Source of the DNA: Escherichia coli
Lineage (GTDB): Bacteria; Pseudomonadota; Gammaproteobacteria; Enterobacterales; Enterobacteriaceae
Assembly (NCBI RefSeq): GCF_041248615.1
Contig: NZ_CP158426.1
Length of the DNA: 64,000 nt
Direction: 5' to 3' (one strand)
Of this stretch, positions 9,997 to 21,167 are shown piece after piece (the stretch's first letter is position 1; every line of letters begins with the position of its first letter). The position numbers and the translations under genes were made by a program. The notes under the pieces were generated by a model. That model was given only the letters and a program-made list of their open reading frames with translations. It searched no databases and was not told the DNA's origin.

Positions 9997-12846
9997 TTGA
10001 AATACCTTGCTTCTTTTCGTACAACCCTGAAAGCCTCGCGCTACATGTTCAGAGCATTGGCGTTAGTGCTCTGGCTGTTGATTGCTTTTTCATCCGTTTT
10101 TTACATCGTTAATGCGTTACATCAGCGAGAATCGGAAATTCGTCAGGAATTTAATCTGAGTTCCGATCAGGCTCAGCGCTTTATTCAACGTACCTCTGAT
10201 GTGATGAAAGAGCTGAAGTACATCGCTGAAAATCGCTTATCGGCAGAAAACGGTGTGCTTTCCCCGCGTGGACGAGAAACGCAGGCGGATGTGCCTGCGT
10301 TTGAACCGCTGTTTGCCGACTCCGATTGTTCCGCAATGAGTAACACCTGGCGAGGCTCTCTGGAGTCATTGGCGTGGTTTATGCGCTACTGGCGCGATAA
10401 TTTCTCTGCGGCTTACGATCTCAACCGGGTATTTTTAATCGGCAGCGATAACCTCTGCATGGCCAATTTCGGTCTGCGTGATATGCCAGTGGAACGCGAT
10501 ACCGCGTTGAAAGCGTTGCATGAACGCATTAATAAATATCGAAATGCACCACAAGATGATAGTGGCAGTAACCTCTACTGGATCAGCGAAGGTCCGCGCC
10601 CTGGCGTCGGGTATTTTTACGCGTTGACGCCAGTTTATCTGGCGAACCGGTTGCAGGCGCTTTTGGGTGTCGAGCAGACTATCCGGATGGAGAATTTTTT
10701 CTTACCTGGTACGTTGCCGATGGGGGTTACCATTCTTGATGAAAATGGTCATACCCTGATTTCGCTTACCGGACCAGAAAGTAAAATTAAGGGCGATCCT
10801 CGCTGGATGCAGGAACGCTCCTGGTTTGGCTATACGGAAGGGTTCCGGGAGCTGGTGCTGAAGAAAAATCTGCCACCCTCATCGCTAAGCATCGTGTATT
10901 CGGTGCCGGTTGATAAGGTGCTGGAACGCATTCGCATGTTGATCCTTAACGCAATTTTGCTGAATGTGCTTGCCGGAGCTGCATTGTTTACTCTCGCGCG
11001 GATGTACGAGCGACGTATTTTCATTCCGGCGGAAAGCGACGCCCTGCGACTGGAAGAACATGAGCAGTTTAATCGCAAGATTGTCGCCTCCGCGCCAGTG
11101 GGTATCTGCATTTTGCGTACCGCTGATGGCGTCAATATTTTAAGTAACGAACTGGCGCATACCTATCTCAATATGCTTACGCATGAGGATCGCCAACGGC
11201 TGACACAAATTATCTGTGGGCAGCAGGTCAATTTTGTTGATGTCCTGACCAGCAACAATACCAATCTGCAAATCAGCTTCGTCCATTCGCGCTATCGTAA
11301 TGAAAACGTGGCCATTTGTGTGCTGGTGGATGTTTCTTCGCGCGTGAAGATGGAAGAGTCGTTGCAGGAGATGGCACAAGCAGCGGAACAGGCGAGCCAG
11401 TCAAAATCGATGTTCCTTGCCACCGTCAGTCATGAGCTGCGAACGCCGCTGTATGGGATTATCGGTAACCTGGATCTGTTGCAAACCAAAGAGTTACCGA
11501 AAGGCGTCGATCGTCTGGTGACGGCAATGAACAACTCTTCCAGCCTGTTGTTGAAAATTATCAGCGATATTCTCGATTTCTCGAAAATTGAATCAGAACA
11601 GTTGAAGATCGAACCGCGTGAGTTTTCACCGCGTGAAGTGATGAACCACATCACCGCCAACTATTTACCGCTGGTGGTACGCAAGCAGTTAGGCTTGTAC
11701 TGCTTTATTGAACCGGATGTGCCAGTGGCCTTAAATGGCGACCCAATGCGTTTACAGCAGGTCATCTCCAACCTGTTGAGTAACGCCATAAAATTCACCG
11801 ATACCGGCTGTATAGTTTTGCATGTTCGCGCTGATGGCGATTATCTCTCTATCCGTGTTCGCGATACCGGCGTGGGGATTCCGGCGAAAGAAGTCGTGCG
11901 CTTGTTTGATCCCTTCTTCCAGGTCGGAACGGGCGTACAGCGTAACTTCCAGGGGACCGGTCTGGGTCTGGCGATTTGTGAAAAACTGATCAGCATGATG
12001 GACGGCGATATCTCGGTAGATTCAGAACCGGGAATGGGCAGCCAGTTTACCGTGCGTATTCCGTTGTACGGCGCTCAGTACCCGCAGAAAAAAGGCGTGG
12101 AAGGGTTGAGTGGTAAACGCTGCTGGCTGGCGGTCCGCAATGCGTCGCTCTGTCAGTTCCTGGAAACCAGTTTGCAGCGCAGCGGCATCGTCGTTACAAC
12201 ATACGAAGGGCAGGAATCGACTCCCGAAGATGTGTTAATCACTGACGAGGTAGTGAGTAAAAAATGGCAGGGCAGAGCGGTAGTGACCTTCTGTCGTCGC
12301 CATATTGGTATTCCGCTGGAGAAAGCGCCAGGGGAGTGGGTACACAGTGTGGCTGCCCCGCATGAGCTACCGGCATTGTTGGCGCGTATTTATTTGATCG
12401 AGATGGAGAGCGACAATCCTGCTAACGCTCTGCCGTTAACGGACAAAGCGGTCAGCGATAATGACGATATGATGATTCTGGTCGTGGATGATCATCCGAT
12501 TAACCGACGTCTGCTGGCAGATCAGTTGGGATCGTTGGGTTATCAATGTAAAACCGCGAATGATGGCGTCGATGCGCTTAATGTACTTAGCAAGAATCAT
12601 ATTGATATCGTGCTTAGCGACGTCAACATGCCAAATATGGATGGTTACCGCTTGACGCAACGCATTCGTCAGTTGGGACTGACGTTGCCGGTAATCGGAG
12701 TAACTGCTAATGCGTTGGCTGAAGAGAAGCAGCGGTGTCTGGAGTCCGGTATGGACAGCTGCCTGTCGAAGCCGGTAACGCTGGATGTGATAAAACAGAC
12801 GCTGACGGTATATGCCGAGAGGGTCAGGAAATCGCGGGAATCGTAG
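9997..12846 (+). CDS. rcsC: Hybrid sensor kinase RcsC
   Basis: 949-aa ORF with N-terminal membrane/periplasmic region, HisKA/HATPase and C-terminal receiver. Confidence 0.97.
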   Translation: MKYLASFRTTLKASRYMFRALALVLWLLIAFSSVFYIVNALHQRESEIRQEFNLSSDQAQRFIQRTSDVMKELKYIAENRLSAENGVLSPRGRETQADVPAFEPLFADSDCSAMSNTWRGSLESLAWFMRYWRDNFSAAYDLNRVFLIGSDNLCMANFGLRDMPVERDTALKALHERINKYRNAPQDDSGSNLYWISEGPRPGVGYFYALTPVYLANRLQALLGVEQTIRMENFFLPGTLPMGVTILDENGHTLISLTGPESKIKGDPRWMQERSWFGYTEGFRELVLKKNLPPSSLSIVYSVPVDKVLERIRMLILNAILLNVLAGAALFTLARMYERRIFIPAESDALRLEEHEQFNRKIVASAPVGICILRTADGVNILSNELAHTYLNMLTHEDRQRLTQIICGQQVNFVDVLTSNNTNLQISFVHSRYRNENVAICVLVDVSSRVKMEESLQEMAQAAEQASQSKSMFLATVSHELRTPLYGIIGNLDLLQTKELPKGVDRLVTAMNNSSSLLLKIISDILDFSKIESEQLKIEPREFSPREVMNHITANYLPLVVRKQLGLYCFIEPDVPVALNGDPMRLQQVISNLLSNAIKFTDTGCIVLHVRADGDYLSIRVRDTGVGIPAKEVVRLFDPFFQVGTGVQRNFQGTGLGLAICEKLISMMDGDISVDSEPGMGSQFTVRIPLYGAQYPQKKGVEGLSGKRCWLAVRNASLCQFLETSLQRSGIVVTTYEGQESTPEDVLITDEVVSKKWQGRAVVTFCRRHIGIPLEKAPGEWVHSVAAPHELPALLARIYLIEMESDNPANALPLTDKAVSDNDDMMILVVDDHPINRRLLADQLGSLGYQCKTANDGVDALNVLSKNHIDIVLSDVNMPNMDGYRLTQRIRQLGLTLPVIGVTANALAEEKQRCLESGMDSCLSKPVTLDVIKQTLTVYAERVRKSRES

Positions 12847-12847
12847 G

Positions 12848-12928
12848 ACGGATAAGGCGTTTACGCCGCATCTGGCATTCAGTGCAAATGCCAGATGCGG
12901 CGCTAACGCGTCTTATCTGGCCTACAGG
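12848..12928. repeat. REP (repetitive extragenic palindrome) pair between convergent rcsC and rcsB
   Basis: gccgcatctggca ... tgccagatgcggc inverted units with the typical REP consensus. Confidence 0.8.
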
Positions 12929-12931
12929 TGA

Positions 12932-13582
12932 TTAGTCTTTATCTGCCGGACTTAAGGTCACAGAAGAGAGATAATTCAGCAGAGCAATATCGTTCTCGAC
13001 ACCCAGCTTCATCATCGCAGATTTCTTCTGGCTACTGATGGTTTTAATACTGCGGTTCAGCTTTTTAGCGATCTCGGTCACCAGGAAGCCTTCCGCAAAC
13101 AGGCGCAGAACTTCACTCTCTTTTGGCGAGAGACGCTTGTCACCGTAACCACCAGCACTGATTTTTTCCAACAGGCGAGAAACGCTTTCCGGGGTAAATT
13201 TCTTCCCTTTCTGCAGCGCGGCGAGAGCTTTCGGCAGATCGGTCGGTGCACCTTGTTTCAGCACGATCCCTTCGATATCCAGATCCAATACCGCACTAAG
13301 AATCGCCGGGTTGTTGTTCATGGTCAGAACGATGATCGACAGGCTTGGGAAATGGCGCTTGATGTACTTGATTAAGGTAATGCCATCGCCGTACTTATCG
13401 CCAGGCATGGAGAGATCGGTAATCAACACATGCGCATCCAGTTTCGGCAGGTTGTTGATCAGTGCTGTAGAGTCTTCAAATTCGCCGACAACATTCACCC
13501 ACTCAATTTGCTCAAGTGATTTGCGAATACCGAACAAGACTATCGGATGGTCATCGGCAATAATTACGTTCATATTGTTCAT
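12932..13582 (-). CDS. rcsB: Response regulator RcsB (LuxR/FixJ family)
   Basis: Start set at MNNMNVIIADDHPIV (216 aa); upstream in-frame extension ignored. Confidence 0.97.
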   Translation of the reverse strand: MNNMNVIIADDHPIVLFGIRKSLEQIEWVNVVGEFEDSTALINNLPKLDAHVLITDLSMPGDKYGDGITLIKYIKRHFPSLSIIVLTMNNNPAILSAVLDLDIEGIVLKQGAPTDLPKALAALQKGKKFTPESVSRLLEKISAGGYGDKRLSPKESEVLRLFAEGFLVTEIAKKLNRSIKTISSQKKSAMMKLGVENDIALLNYLSSVTLSPADKD

Positions 13583-13598
13583 GTAATAGGCTACCTTG

Positions 13599-16271
13599 CT
13601 ACAGCAAGCTCTTGACATAACTGTCAATGTCGCTGATGTATTTTTCTATTCCTGGAACATCCTTTTCACGAATCAGATGTTCCAGCGTTTCACATAACTG
13701 CTTGCCGGGTACCAGATTTAGCATGGCAAACACGCCTTTAAGACGATGAGCCGTTTGGGCTAACGCAGCAAAGTCACTGGTTGCTGCTTCAGTATACAGC
13801 CTCTTAACATCATCCGGTACTGTGTCTACAAAGAGCGCATAATAGCCGCTGGCATGGAGTTGCGCATTTTCATCTCCGCCCAGAGGCGATTCTGTCACCT
13901 CTTCCTGCGCCAGTTGCACTTCAATTAATTGTAAGACCGCTTCCTGCATAGCGTTGCTCATATTGAAGTTGACGCACAATTGACCAGGCCCAATTTCCCG
14001 TACGCCAGACTCATCATCGCTTAAAAGCAAGCCAGAGGCAGTAAGATTAGACGGATTATCCGTTAAAAAGATATCATAATCTTGACTAATTAATCTTTCA
14101 TCGGGTGTGATACAGGTTGCACCCCAATTTTCTAACTGGCGAGTGACAATATTCCGAATTTCTGCCGAAGTAACATCCACCATTACGCAGACATCATCCA
14201 GTAAACGCTCTTCTTCCTCTTCAACTTCCGGGTCAGCTGCGAGCATTTTGATATGCACAGAGTAGCGTGTACCAAGCCCATCCCGCGTTTTAATGTTTAA
14301 ATGACCGCCCAGTTTACGTGCCAGTTGATCGCTCAGCCAGAATGCCAGCGGGTCCGCCTTGCCATAGCGATCGTTTTGGGTCTGGTTGATAAACGGGAAG
14401 TGCAAATTATCCATTTCATGAATGCTTACGCCTTCTCCGGTGTCCAGAATGCGGAACGTCAGGCGGTCTTCGGAGGACTCATCCTGATCAACCTCAAGGG
14501 TGATTTTTCCCAATTGCGTTGAGGTCACGGCATATTGCATCAGTAGCAGCAAAATGCGTCGTAAGGCATCGCGATCGCCGCGGCGCATATCGTGTGCTTT
14601 CAGATGATTGTTAATCAGCAGTTGTAGACCTTTACGCTTGATGGCAGGCAACACTGAAGGCACAACTTCATCAATTAAATCCTGCACGGAGAACAGCACC
14701 GTCTCACTTTTCCAGCTATCGTCCGCAAGCATGTTCGCTAACTGTATTTCATCGACCAGCCGCACCAGCACATCTGCCTGATTCGCCAGTTGTTTGCTTT
14801 CCGGGGCGTTGAGTTTAGCCGCGCTCTCCGCCAGGGACTGTGCAGGTTCTTTCAGCGCATCGCCAATGTTTTTCATAAAGGTCATCCGCCCCTGCTGGTT
14901 TTTCTCATACAGACGCTGCGCCTGCTTGAGTTTCTTGTTTACCAGCACTTCGCGATCCTGATCGCGAATAATGAAAATTTGTGTGCGCGGCGCGACCTGG
15001 CTGCGGAACATGCGGATCTCATACAGCTCGTTATTGATCGTCGCCTGAATAATCCCCTGATGCTGTTCCGCCATGGTGGTGATGTTTTGCAGATTCAAAT
15101 GCGGCAGCAAATGATCGGCAATTTTGTTACTTATGACAGTGCGGTTCGATTCCTGATCGTGAACCAGCAGGCCAAGCGGCAGCAGTGAGACTATCTCTTC
15201 ATTGATTGCACGTAAAATGCGCAATTCGTTATTGACCGCCGTGCTGGGGACGTTTTCTGTACTGCGGCTGGAGAAATGGCGGAATGTGGTATAGCCAAAT
15301 AACGCCAGCGCCAGCAAACCGATATTCAGCAGCAGTGGCAGCAGAATGTTTTGCAACGTATCCAGCAGTAAGGTGCCATAAGGAACCTGCCAGACCAGGC
15401 GCATATCGGTAGAGTTGAGTGCCGAGGAGATTTCAATCTTCGTACTGTTAAAGTGGATACTGACGCTATCCGTCCCTTCTTTCTCATTATCATTGTTTCC
15501 CGTTGCCGTCGCGTCTGGCTCAAGGCGGAAACTGTCCAGCGGCATGCCCGGTGGGATCAAATCATTAATCGGCAGATCAAAAGCCACGACCGTTGCCAGA
15601 TGTCCCGGCTGGTTGAACGTGGTACGCAAGGTAAAGTAATGACCGTTCTGCCAGGCCAGGCGGCGCATGTTAGAAAAGCTTTCGCGTTCATCGAGGGCGT
15701 TGGCCTGTTGCAACATCTCTGCACGACGTGAATCAACAATGTCGCTGACGGTCGATTCTTTAAATCCGGAGGTGAGATCTTTAAGGGGCAGGGTTGAGAT
15801 CAGCACCAGACTGTTATCCTGACCATTCAGGTAATACATCGACCACGGTACATTTTCTGCGCCCCACAATGTATCCAGATAAGTGGACATCCGTTGAGTC
15901 ATCTCAAGCGTTGAGTTGTCGTGAGAGCCAAAGATTAACGCTTCCGTTTTGCGGCGTGGTTTCTCCAGATAGTAGACATCCTGTTTCAGGCGCGTCTCTT
16001 GTAAACCTTCGCCGGAGGAGGGGGTGGTCGTCGCGGCAATGTTGTCGTAGATCTGCCAGGTCACGTAACGCCAGGTATCGACGCGCTTTTGGATAGCGTG
16101 GGTAATGTCGACAATCTGGTAACTTTTATCTTTCAGCCAGGCGTTAACGGCGCTTTGTACCATTACACCCATCGTCACCAGTAACACAATGATCAACAGT
16201 AAAAAGAAGCGGGTAATGCTCCCCGGTAGGAGTGAAAAGCGGGTCGTGGCCGTTGTCTCTTTCTGACGCAT
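13599..16271 (-). CDS. rcsD: Phosphotransfer protein RcsD (YojN)
   Basis: 890-aa ORF, N-terminus MRQKETTATTRFSLLPG; C-terminal HPt domain. Confidence 0.95.
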   Translation of the reverse strand: MRQKETTATTRFSLLPGSITRFFLLLIIVLLVTMGVMVQSAVNAWLKDKSYQIVDITHAIQKRVDTWRYVTWQIYDNIAATTTPSSGEGLQETRLKQDVYYLEKPRRKTEALIFGSHDNSTLEMTQRMSTYLDTLWGAENVPWSMYYLNGQDNSLVLISTLPLKDLTSGFKESTVSDIVDSRRAEMLQQANALDERESFSNMRRLAWQNGHYFTLRTTFNQPGHLATVVAFDLPINDLIPPGMPLDSFRLEPDATATGNNDNEKEGTDSVSIHFNSTKIEISSALNSTDMRLVWQVPYGTLLLDTLQNILLPLLLNIGLLALALFGYTTFRHFSSRSTENVPSTAVNNELRILRAINEEIVSLLPLGLLVHDQESNRTVISNKIADHLLPHLNLQNITTMAEQHQGIIQATINNELYEIRMFRSQVAPRTQIFIIRDQDREVLVNKKLKQAQRLYEKNQQGRMTFMKNIGDALKEPAQSLAESAAKLNAPESKQLANQADVLVRLVDEIQLANMLADDSWKSETVLFSVQDLIDEVVPSVLPAIKRKGLQLLINNHLKAHDMRRGDRDALRRILLLLMQYAVTSTQLGKITLEVDQDESSEDRLTFRILDTGEGVSIHEMDNLHFPFINQTQNDRYGKADPLAFWLSDQLARKLGGHLNIKTRDGLGTRYSVHIKMLAADPEVEEEEERLLDDVCVMVDVTSAEIRNIVTRQLENWGATCITPDERLISQDYDIFLTDNPSNLTASGLLLSDDESGVREIGPGQLCVNFNMSNAMQEAVLQLIEVQLAQEEVTESPLGGDENAQLHASGYYALFVDTVPDDVKRLYTEAATSDFAALAQTAHRLKGVFAMLNLVPGKQLCETLEHLIREKDVPGIEKYISDIDSYVKSLL

Positions 16272-16582
16272 TCGTGTTTATGACCTGTTAAAACTTCGCG
16301 AAGTGATAGGGCAGTATAAAGGGTACAGTGTGAAATTCCAGACTCTTACCGGATTGATGATTCTCTATTCTCCAGTGATATTTATCATCCTGCATTGGGG
16401 GAAATAGATGTACAAGCGCCATTTTGCTGTACAAATAACCTACGAAAAGCCCAACGAAATTAATTGCAAATAAACGAAGATTGCTGGAAATTATGCTGAT
16501 GTTAATTATTTGTGAAATAGTTAACAAGCGTTATAGTTTTTCTGTGGTAGCACAGAATAATGAAAAGTGTGTAAAGAAGGGT

Positions 16583-16675
16583 AAAAAAAACCGGATGCGA
16601 GGCATCCGGTTGAAATAGGGGTAAACAGACATTCAGAAATGAATGACGGTAATAAATAAAGTTAATGATGATAGC
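16583..16675 (-). ncRNA. micF: MicF antisense sRNA
   Basis: Reverse complement matches recalled micF (GCTATCATCATTAACTTTATTTATTACCGTCATTCATTTCTGAATGTCTGTTTACCCC...), ending in a terminator hairpin and U-run; divergent from ompC. Confidence 0.9.
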
Positions 16676-16820
16676 GGGAGTTATTCTAGTTGCGAGTGAA
16701 GGTTTTGTTTTGACATTCAGTGCTGTCAAATACTTAAGAATAAGTTATTGATTTTAACCTTGAATTATTATTGCTTGATGTTAGGTGCTTATTTCGCCAT
16801 TCCGCAATAATCTTAAAAAG

Positions 16821-16880
16821 TTCCCTTCTATTTACATTTTGAAACATCTATAGCGATAAATGAAACATCTTAAAAGTTTT
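16821..16880 (+). promoter_or_regulatory. OmpR binding boxes (C1-C3) of the ompC promoter
   Basis: Three tandem 20-bp boxes TTTACATTTTGAAACATCTA / TAGCGATAAATGAAACATCT / TAAAAGTTTTAGTATCATAT upstream of a GAGAAT -10 at 16909-16914. Confidence 0.8.
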
Positions 16881-16994
16881 AGTATCATATTCGTGTTGGA
16901 TTATTCTGCATTTTTGGGGAGAATGGACTTGCCGACTGATTAATGAGGGTTAATCAGTATGCAGTGGCATAAAAAAGCAAATAAAGGCATATAA

Positions 16995-18137
<1,143 letters not shown>

Positions 18138-18156
18138 TTTCGATTTATATCGAACA

Positions 18157-18180
18157 AAGGGCCTGCGGGCCCTTTTTTCA
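18157..18180 (+). terminator. ompC rho-independent terminator
   Basis: aagggcc-tgcg-ggccctt hairpin followed by tttttt. Confidence 0.85.
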
Positions 18181-18248
18181 TTGTTTTCAGCGTACAAACG
18201 CGTTTTTTTGGTGTACTCTTGCGACCGTTCGCATGAGGATAATCACGT

Positions 18249-19304
18249 ATGGAAATAAGCTTTACCCGCGTGGCACTGCTGGCTGCCGCGCTCTTCTTTG
18301 TTGGTTGCGATCAAAAACCACAACCCGCCAAAACCCACGCTACCGAAGTTACCGTTCTTGAAGGCAAAACCATGGGAACCTTCTGGCGTGCCAGCATCCC
18401 TGGCATTGACGCCAAACGCAGTGCTGAACTTAAAGAGAAGATTCAGACCCAGCTGGACGCTGACGATCAGCTGCTTTCGACCTATAAAAAAGACTCTGCG
18501 CTGATGCGCTTTAACGACTCGCAAAGTCTGACACCGTGGCCGGTAAGTGAAGCGATGGCCGATATCGTCACCACCTCGCTACGTATTGGCGCAAAGACCG
18601 ATGGCGCGATGGATATTACTGTTGGGCCGCTGGTGAATCTGTGGGGCTTTGGCCCGGAACAACAACCAGTACAAATTCCGAGCCAGGAACAAATTGATGC
18701 AATGAAAGCCAAAACCGGCTTACAGCACCTGACTGTCATCAATCAGTATCATCAGCAGTACCTGCAAAAAGATCTTCCGGATTTATATGTCGATCTCTCC
18801 ACCGTCGGCGAAGGCTATGCCGCCGATCATCTGGCACGCTTGATGGAGCAGGAAGGTATTTCTCGCTACCTGGTGTCGGTGGGCGGGGCGCTGAACAGCC
18901 GTGGTATGAACGGTGAAGGCCAGCCGTGGCGAGTGGCGATTCAAAAACCAACCGATAAAGAAAACGCAGTTCAGGCGGTGGTGGATATCAACGGCCACGG
19001 TATCAGCACCTCCGGCAGCTACCGCAACTATTACGAACTGGACGGCAAACGCCTTTCTCATGTTATCGATCCGCAAACCGGACGACCTATCGAGCATAAT
19101 CTGGTGTCCGTGACGGTGATTGCACCGACGGCGCTGGAAGCCGACGCCTGGGATACAGGTTTGATGGTGCTCGGGCCAGAGAAAGCCAAAGAGGTTGTTC
19201 GCCGGGAAGGGCTGGCGGTTTATATGATCACCAAAGAGGGCGATAGCTTTAAAACCTGGATGTCGCCGCAGTTTAAAAGCTTCCTGGTGAGCGAAAAAAA
19301 TTAA
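18249..19304 (+). CDS. apbE: FAD:protein FMN transferase (lipoprotein ApbE)
   Basis: 351-aa ORF; lipobox (FVGC) in signal peptide. Confidence 0.93.
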   Translation: MEISFTRVALLAAALFFVGCDQKPQPAKTHATEVTVLEGKTMGTFWRASIPGIDAKRSAELKEKIQTQLDADDQLLSTYKKDSALMRFNDSQSLTPWPVSEAMADIVTTSLRIGAKTDGAMDITVGPLVNLWGFGPEQQPVQIPSQEQIDAMKAKTGLQHLTVINQYHQQYLQKDLPDLYVDLSTVGEGYAADHLARLMEQEGISRYLVSVGGALNSRGMNGEGQPWRVAIQKPTDKENAVQAVVDINGHGISTSGSYRNYYELDGKRLSHVIDPQTGRPIEHNLVSVTVIAPTALEADAWDTGLMVLGPEKAKEVVRREGLAVYMITKEGDSFKTWMSPQFKSFLVSEKN

Positions 19305-19325
19305 AGCGCAAGATTGTTGGTTTTT
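19303..19325 (+). promoter_or_regulatory. Ada box of the ada-alkB promoter
   Basis: AAAGCGCA motif followed by AGATTGTTGG, about 55 bp upstream of the ada start; overlaps the apbE stop codon. Confidence 0.6.
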
Positions 19326-19377
19326 GTGTGATGGTGACCGGACAGACTAAAGGCTATCCTTAACCAGGGAGCTGATT

Positions 19378-20442
19378 ATGAAAAACGCCACACGCTTAAC
19401 TGACGATCAACGCTGGCAATCTGTCTTAGCACGCGACCCGAACGCCGACGGCGAATTCGTTTTCGCCGTGCGCACCACGGGTATCTTTTGCCGTCCGTCT
19501 TGCCGCGCCAGACATGCCTTGCGGGAAAACGTTTCTTTCTATACGGATGCCAGCGAGGCGCTTGCCGCTGGCTTTCGCCCCTGCAAACGTTGTCAGCCAG
19601 ATAAAGCCAATGCCCAGCAACATCGCCTTGATAAAATTACCCACGCCTGCCGACTGCTGGAACAGGAAACGCCTGTAACGCTGGAAGCCTTAGCTGACCA
19701 GGTGGCGATGAGTCCGTTCCATTTGCATCGATTGTTTAAAGCGACTACCGGAATGACGCCGAAAGCCTGGCAACAGGCATGGCGTGCTCGCCGTTTACGC
19801 GACTCGCTGGCGAAAGGGGAGAGCGTGACTACATCTATTCTTAACGCTGGATTCCCCGACAGCAGCAGTTACTACCGTAAAGCCGACGAAACGTTGGGCA
19901 TGACGGCTAAACAGTTTCGTCACGGAGGTGAAAATCTGGCTGTGCGTTATGCGCTGGCTGATTGTGAACTGGGCCGTTGCCTGGTGGCTGAAAGCGAGCG
20001 GGGGATTTGCGCGATATTGCTGGGCGATGATGACGCGACATTAATCAGCGAGTTGCAGCAGATGTTTCCCGCTGCCGACAACGCGCCTGCCGATTTGACG
20101 TTTCAACAACATGTGCGTGACGTGATCGCCAGCCTCAATCAACGCGATACGCCGCTGACGTTACCGCTGGATATTCGCGGCACTGCTTTTCAGCAACAAG
20201 TCTGGCAGGCACTGCGCACGATACCTTGCGGTGAAACCGTCAGTTATCAGCAACTGGCTAACGCCATCGGCAAACCGAAAGCGGTACGGGCCGTTGCCAG
20301 CGCCTGTGCCGCCAACAAGCTGGCTATCATAATACCCTGTCATCGGGTGGTCCGTGGTGATGGCACACTTTCCGGTTACCGCTGGGGCGTGTCGCGTAAA
20401 GCGCAACTGCTGCGCCGCGAAGCTGAGAATGAGGAGAGGTAA
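19378..20442 (+). CDS. ada: Bifunctional transcriptional activator / O6-methylguanine-DNA methyltransferase Ada
   Basis: 354-aa ORF; N-terminal Cys cluster (CRPSCRARH, CKRCQP), AraC-type HTH, C-terminal PCHRV active site. Confidence 0.96.
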   Translation: MKNATRLTDDQRWQSVLARDPNADGEFVFAVRTTGIFCRPSCRARHALRENVSFYTDASEALAAGFRPCKRCQPDKANAQQHRLDKITHACRLLEQETPVTLEALADQVAMSPFHLHRLFKATTGMTPKAWQQAWRARRLRDSLAKGESVTTSILNAGFPDSSSYYRKADETLGMTAKQFRHGGENLAVRYALADCELGRCLVAESERGICAILLGDDDATLISELQQMFPAADNAPADLTFQQHVRDVIASLNQRDTPLTLPLDIRGTAFQQQVWQALRTIPCGETVSYQQLANAIGKPKAVRAVASACAANKLAIIIPCHRVVRGDGTLSGYRWGVSRKAQLLRREAENEER

Positions 20443-21092
20443 TGTTGGATCTGTTTGCCGATGCTGAACCGTGGCAAGAGCCACTGGCGGCTGGTGCGGT
20501 AATTTTACGGCGTTTTGCTTTTAACGCTGCGGAGCAACTGATCCGCGATATTAATGACGTTGCCAGCCAGTCGCCGTTTCGCCAGATGGTCACTCCAGGC
20601 GGATATACCATGTCGGTGGCGATGACCAACTGTGGGCATCTGGGCTGGACGACCCATCGGCAAGGTTATCTCTATTCGCCCATTGATCCGCAAACAAATA
20701 AACCGTGGCCCGCCATGCCGCAGAGTTTTCATAATTTATGTCAACGTGCGGCTACGGCGGCGGGCTATCCAGATTTCCAGCCAGATGCTTGTCTTATCAA
20801 CCGCTACGCTCCTGGCGCGAAACTGTCGCTGCATCAGGATAAAGACGAACCGGATCTGCGCGCGCCGATTGTTTCTGTTTCTCTGGGCTTACCCGCGATT
20901 TTTCAATTTGGCGGCCTGAAACGAAATGATCCGCTAAAACGTTTGTTGTTGGAACATGGCGATGTGGTGGTATGGGGCGGTGAATCGCGGCTGTTTTATC
21001 ATGGGATTCAACCGTTGAAAGCGGGGTTTCATCCACTCACCTCCGACTGCCGCTACAACCTGACATTCCGTCAGGCAGGTAAAAAAGAATAA
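20442..21092 (+). CDS. alkB: Alpha-ketoglutarate/Fe(II)-dependent DNA dioxygenase AlkB
   Basis: 216-aa ORF whose start overlaps the ada stop; N-terminus MLDLFADAEPWQEPLAAGAVILRRFA. Confidence 0.96.
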   Translation: MLDLFADAEPWQEPLAAGAVILRRFAFNAAEQLIRDINDVASQSPFRQMVTPGGYTMSVAMTNCGHLGWTTHRQGYLYSPIDPQTNKPWPAMPQSFHNLCQRAATAAGYPDFQPDACLINRYAPGAKLSLHQDKDEPDLRAPIVSVSLGLPAIFQFGGLKRNDPLKRLLLEHGDVVVWGGESRLFYHGIQPLKAGFHPLTSDCRYNLTFRQAGKKE

Positions 21093-21167
21093 AAATAAGA
21101 ATTATTATTGCTGTGCGCGCGAAGATGTTTAAACTGCGGGCTGTAATTCATTGTCCGGGTTTTCTGC

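Noticed and set aside
16288-16729. Two small minus-strand ORFs (79 and 75 aa) in the rcsD-ompC intergenic region
   Set aside because: AT-rich promoter DNA; the second overlaps the micF sRNA, and translated sequences are low-complexity (Ile/Phe/Asn-rich).
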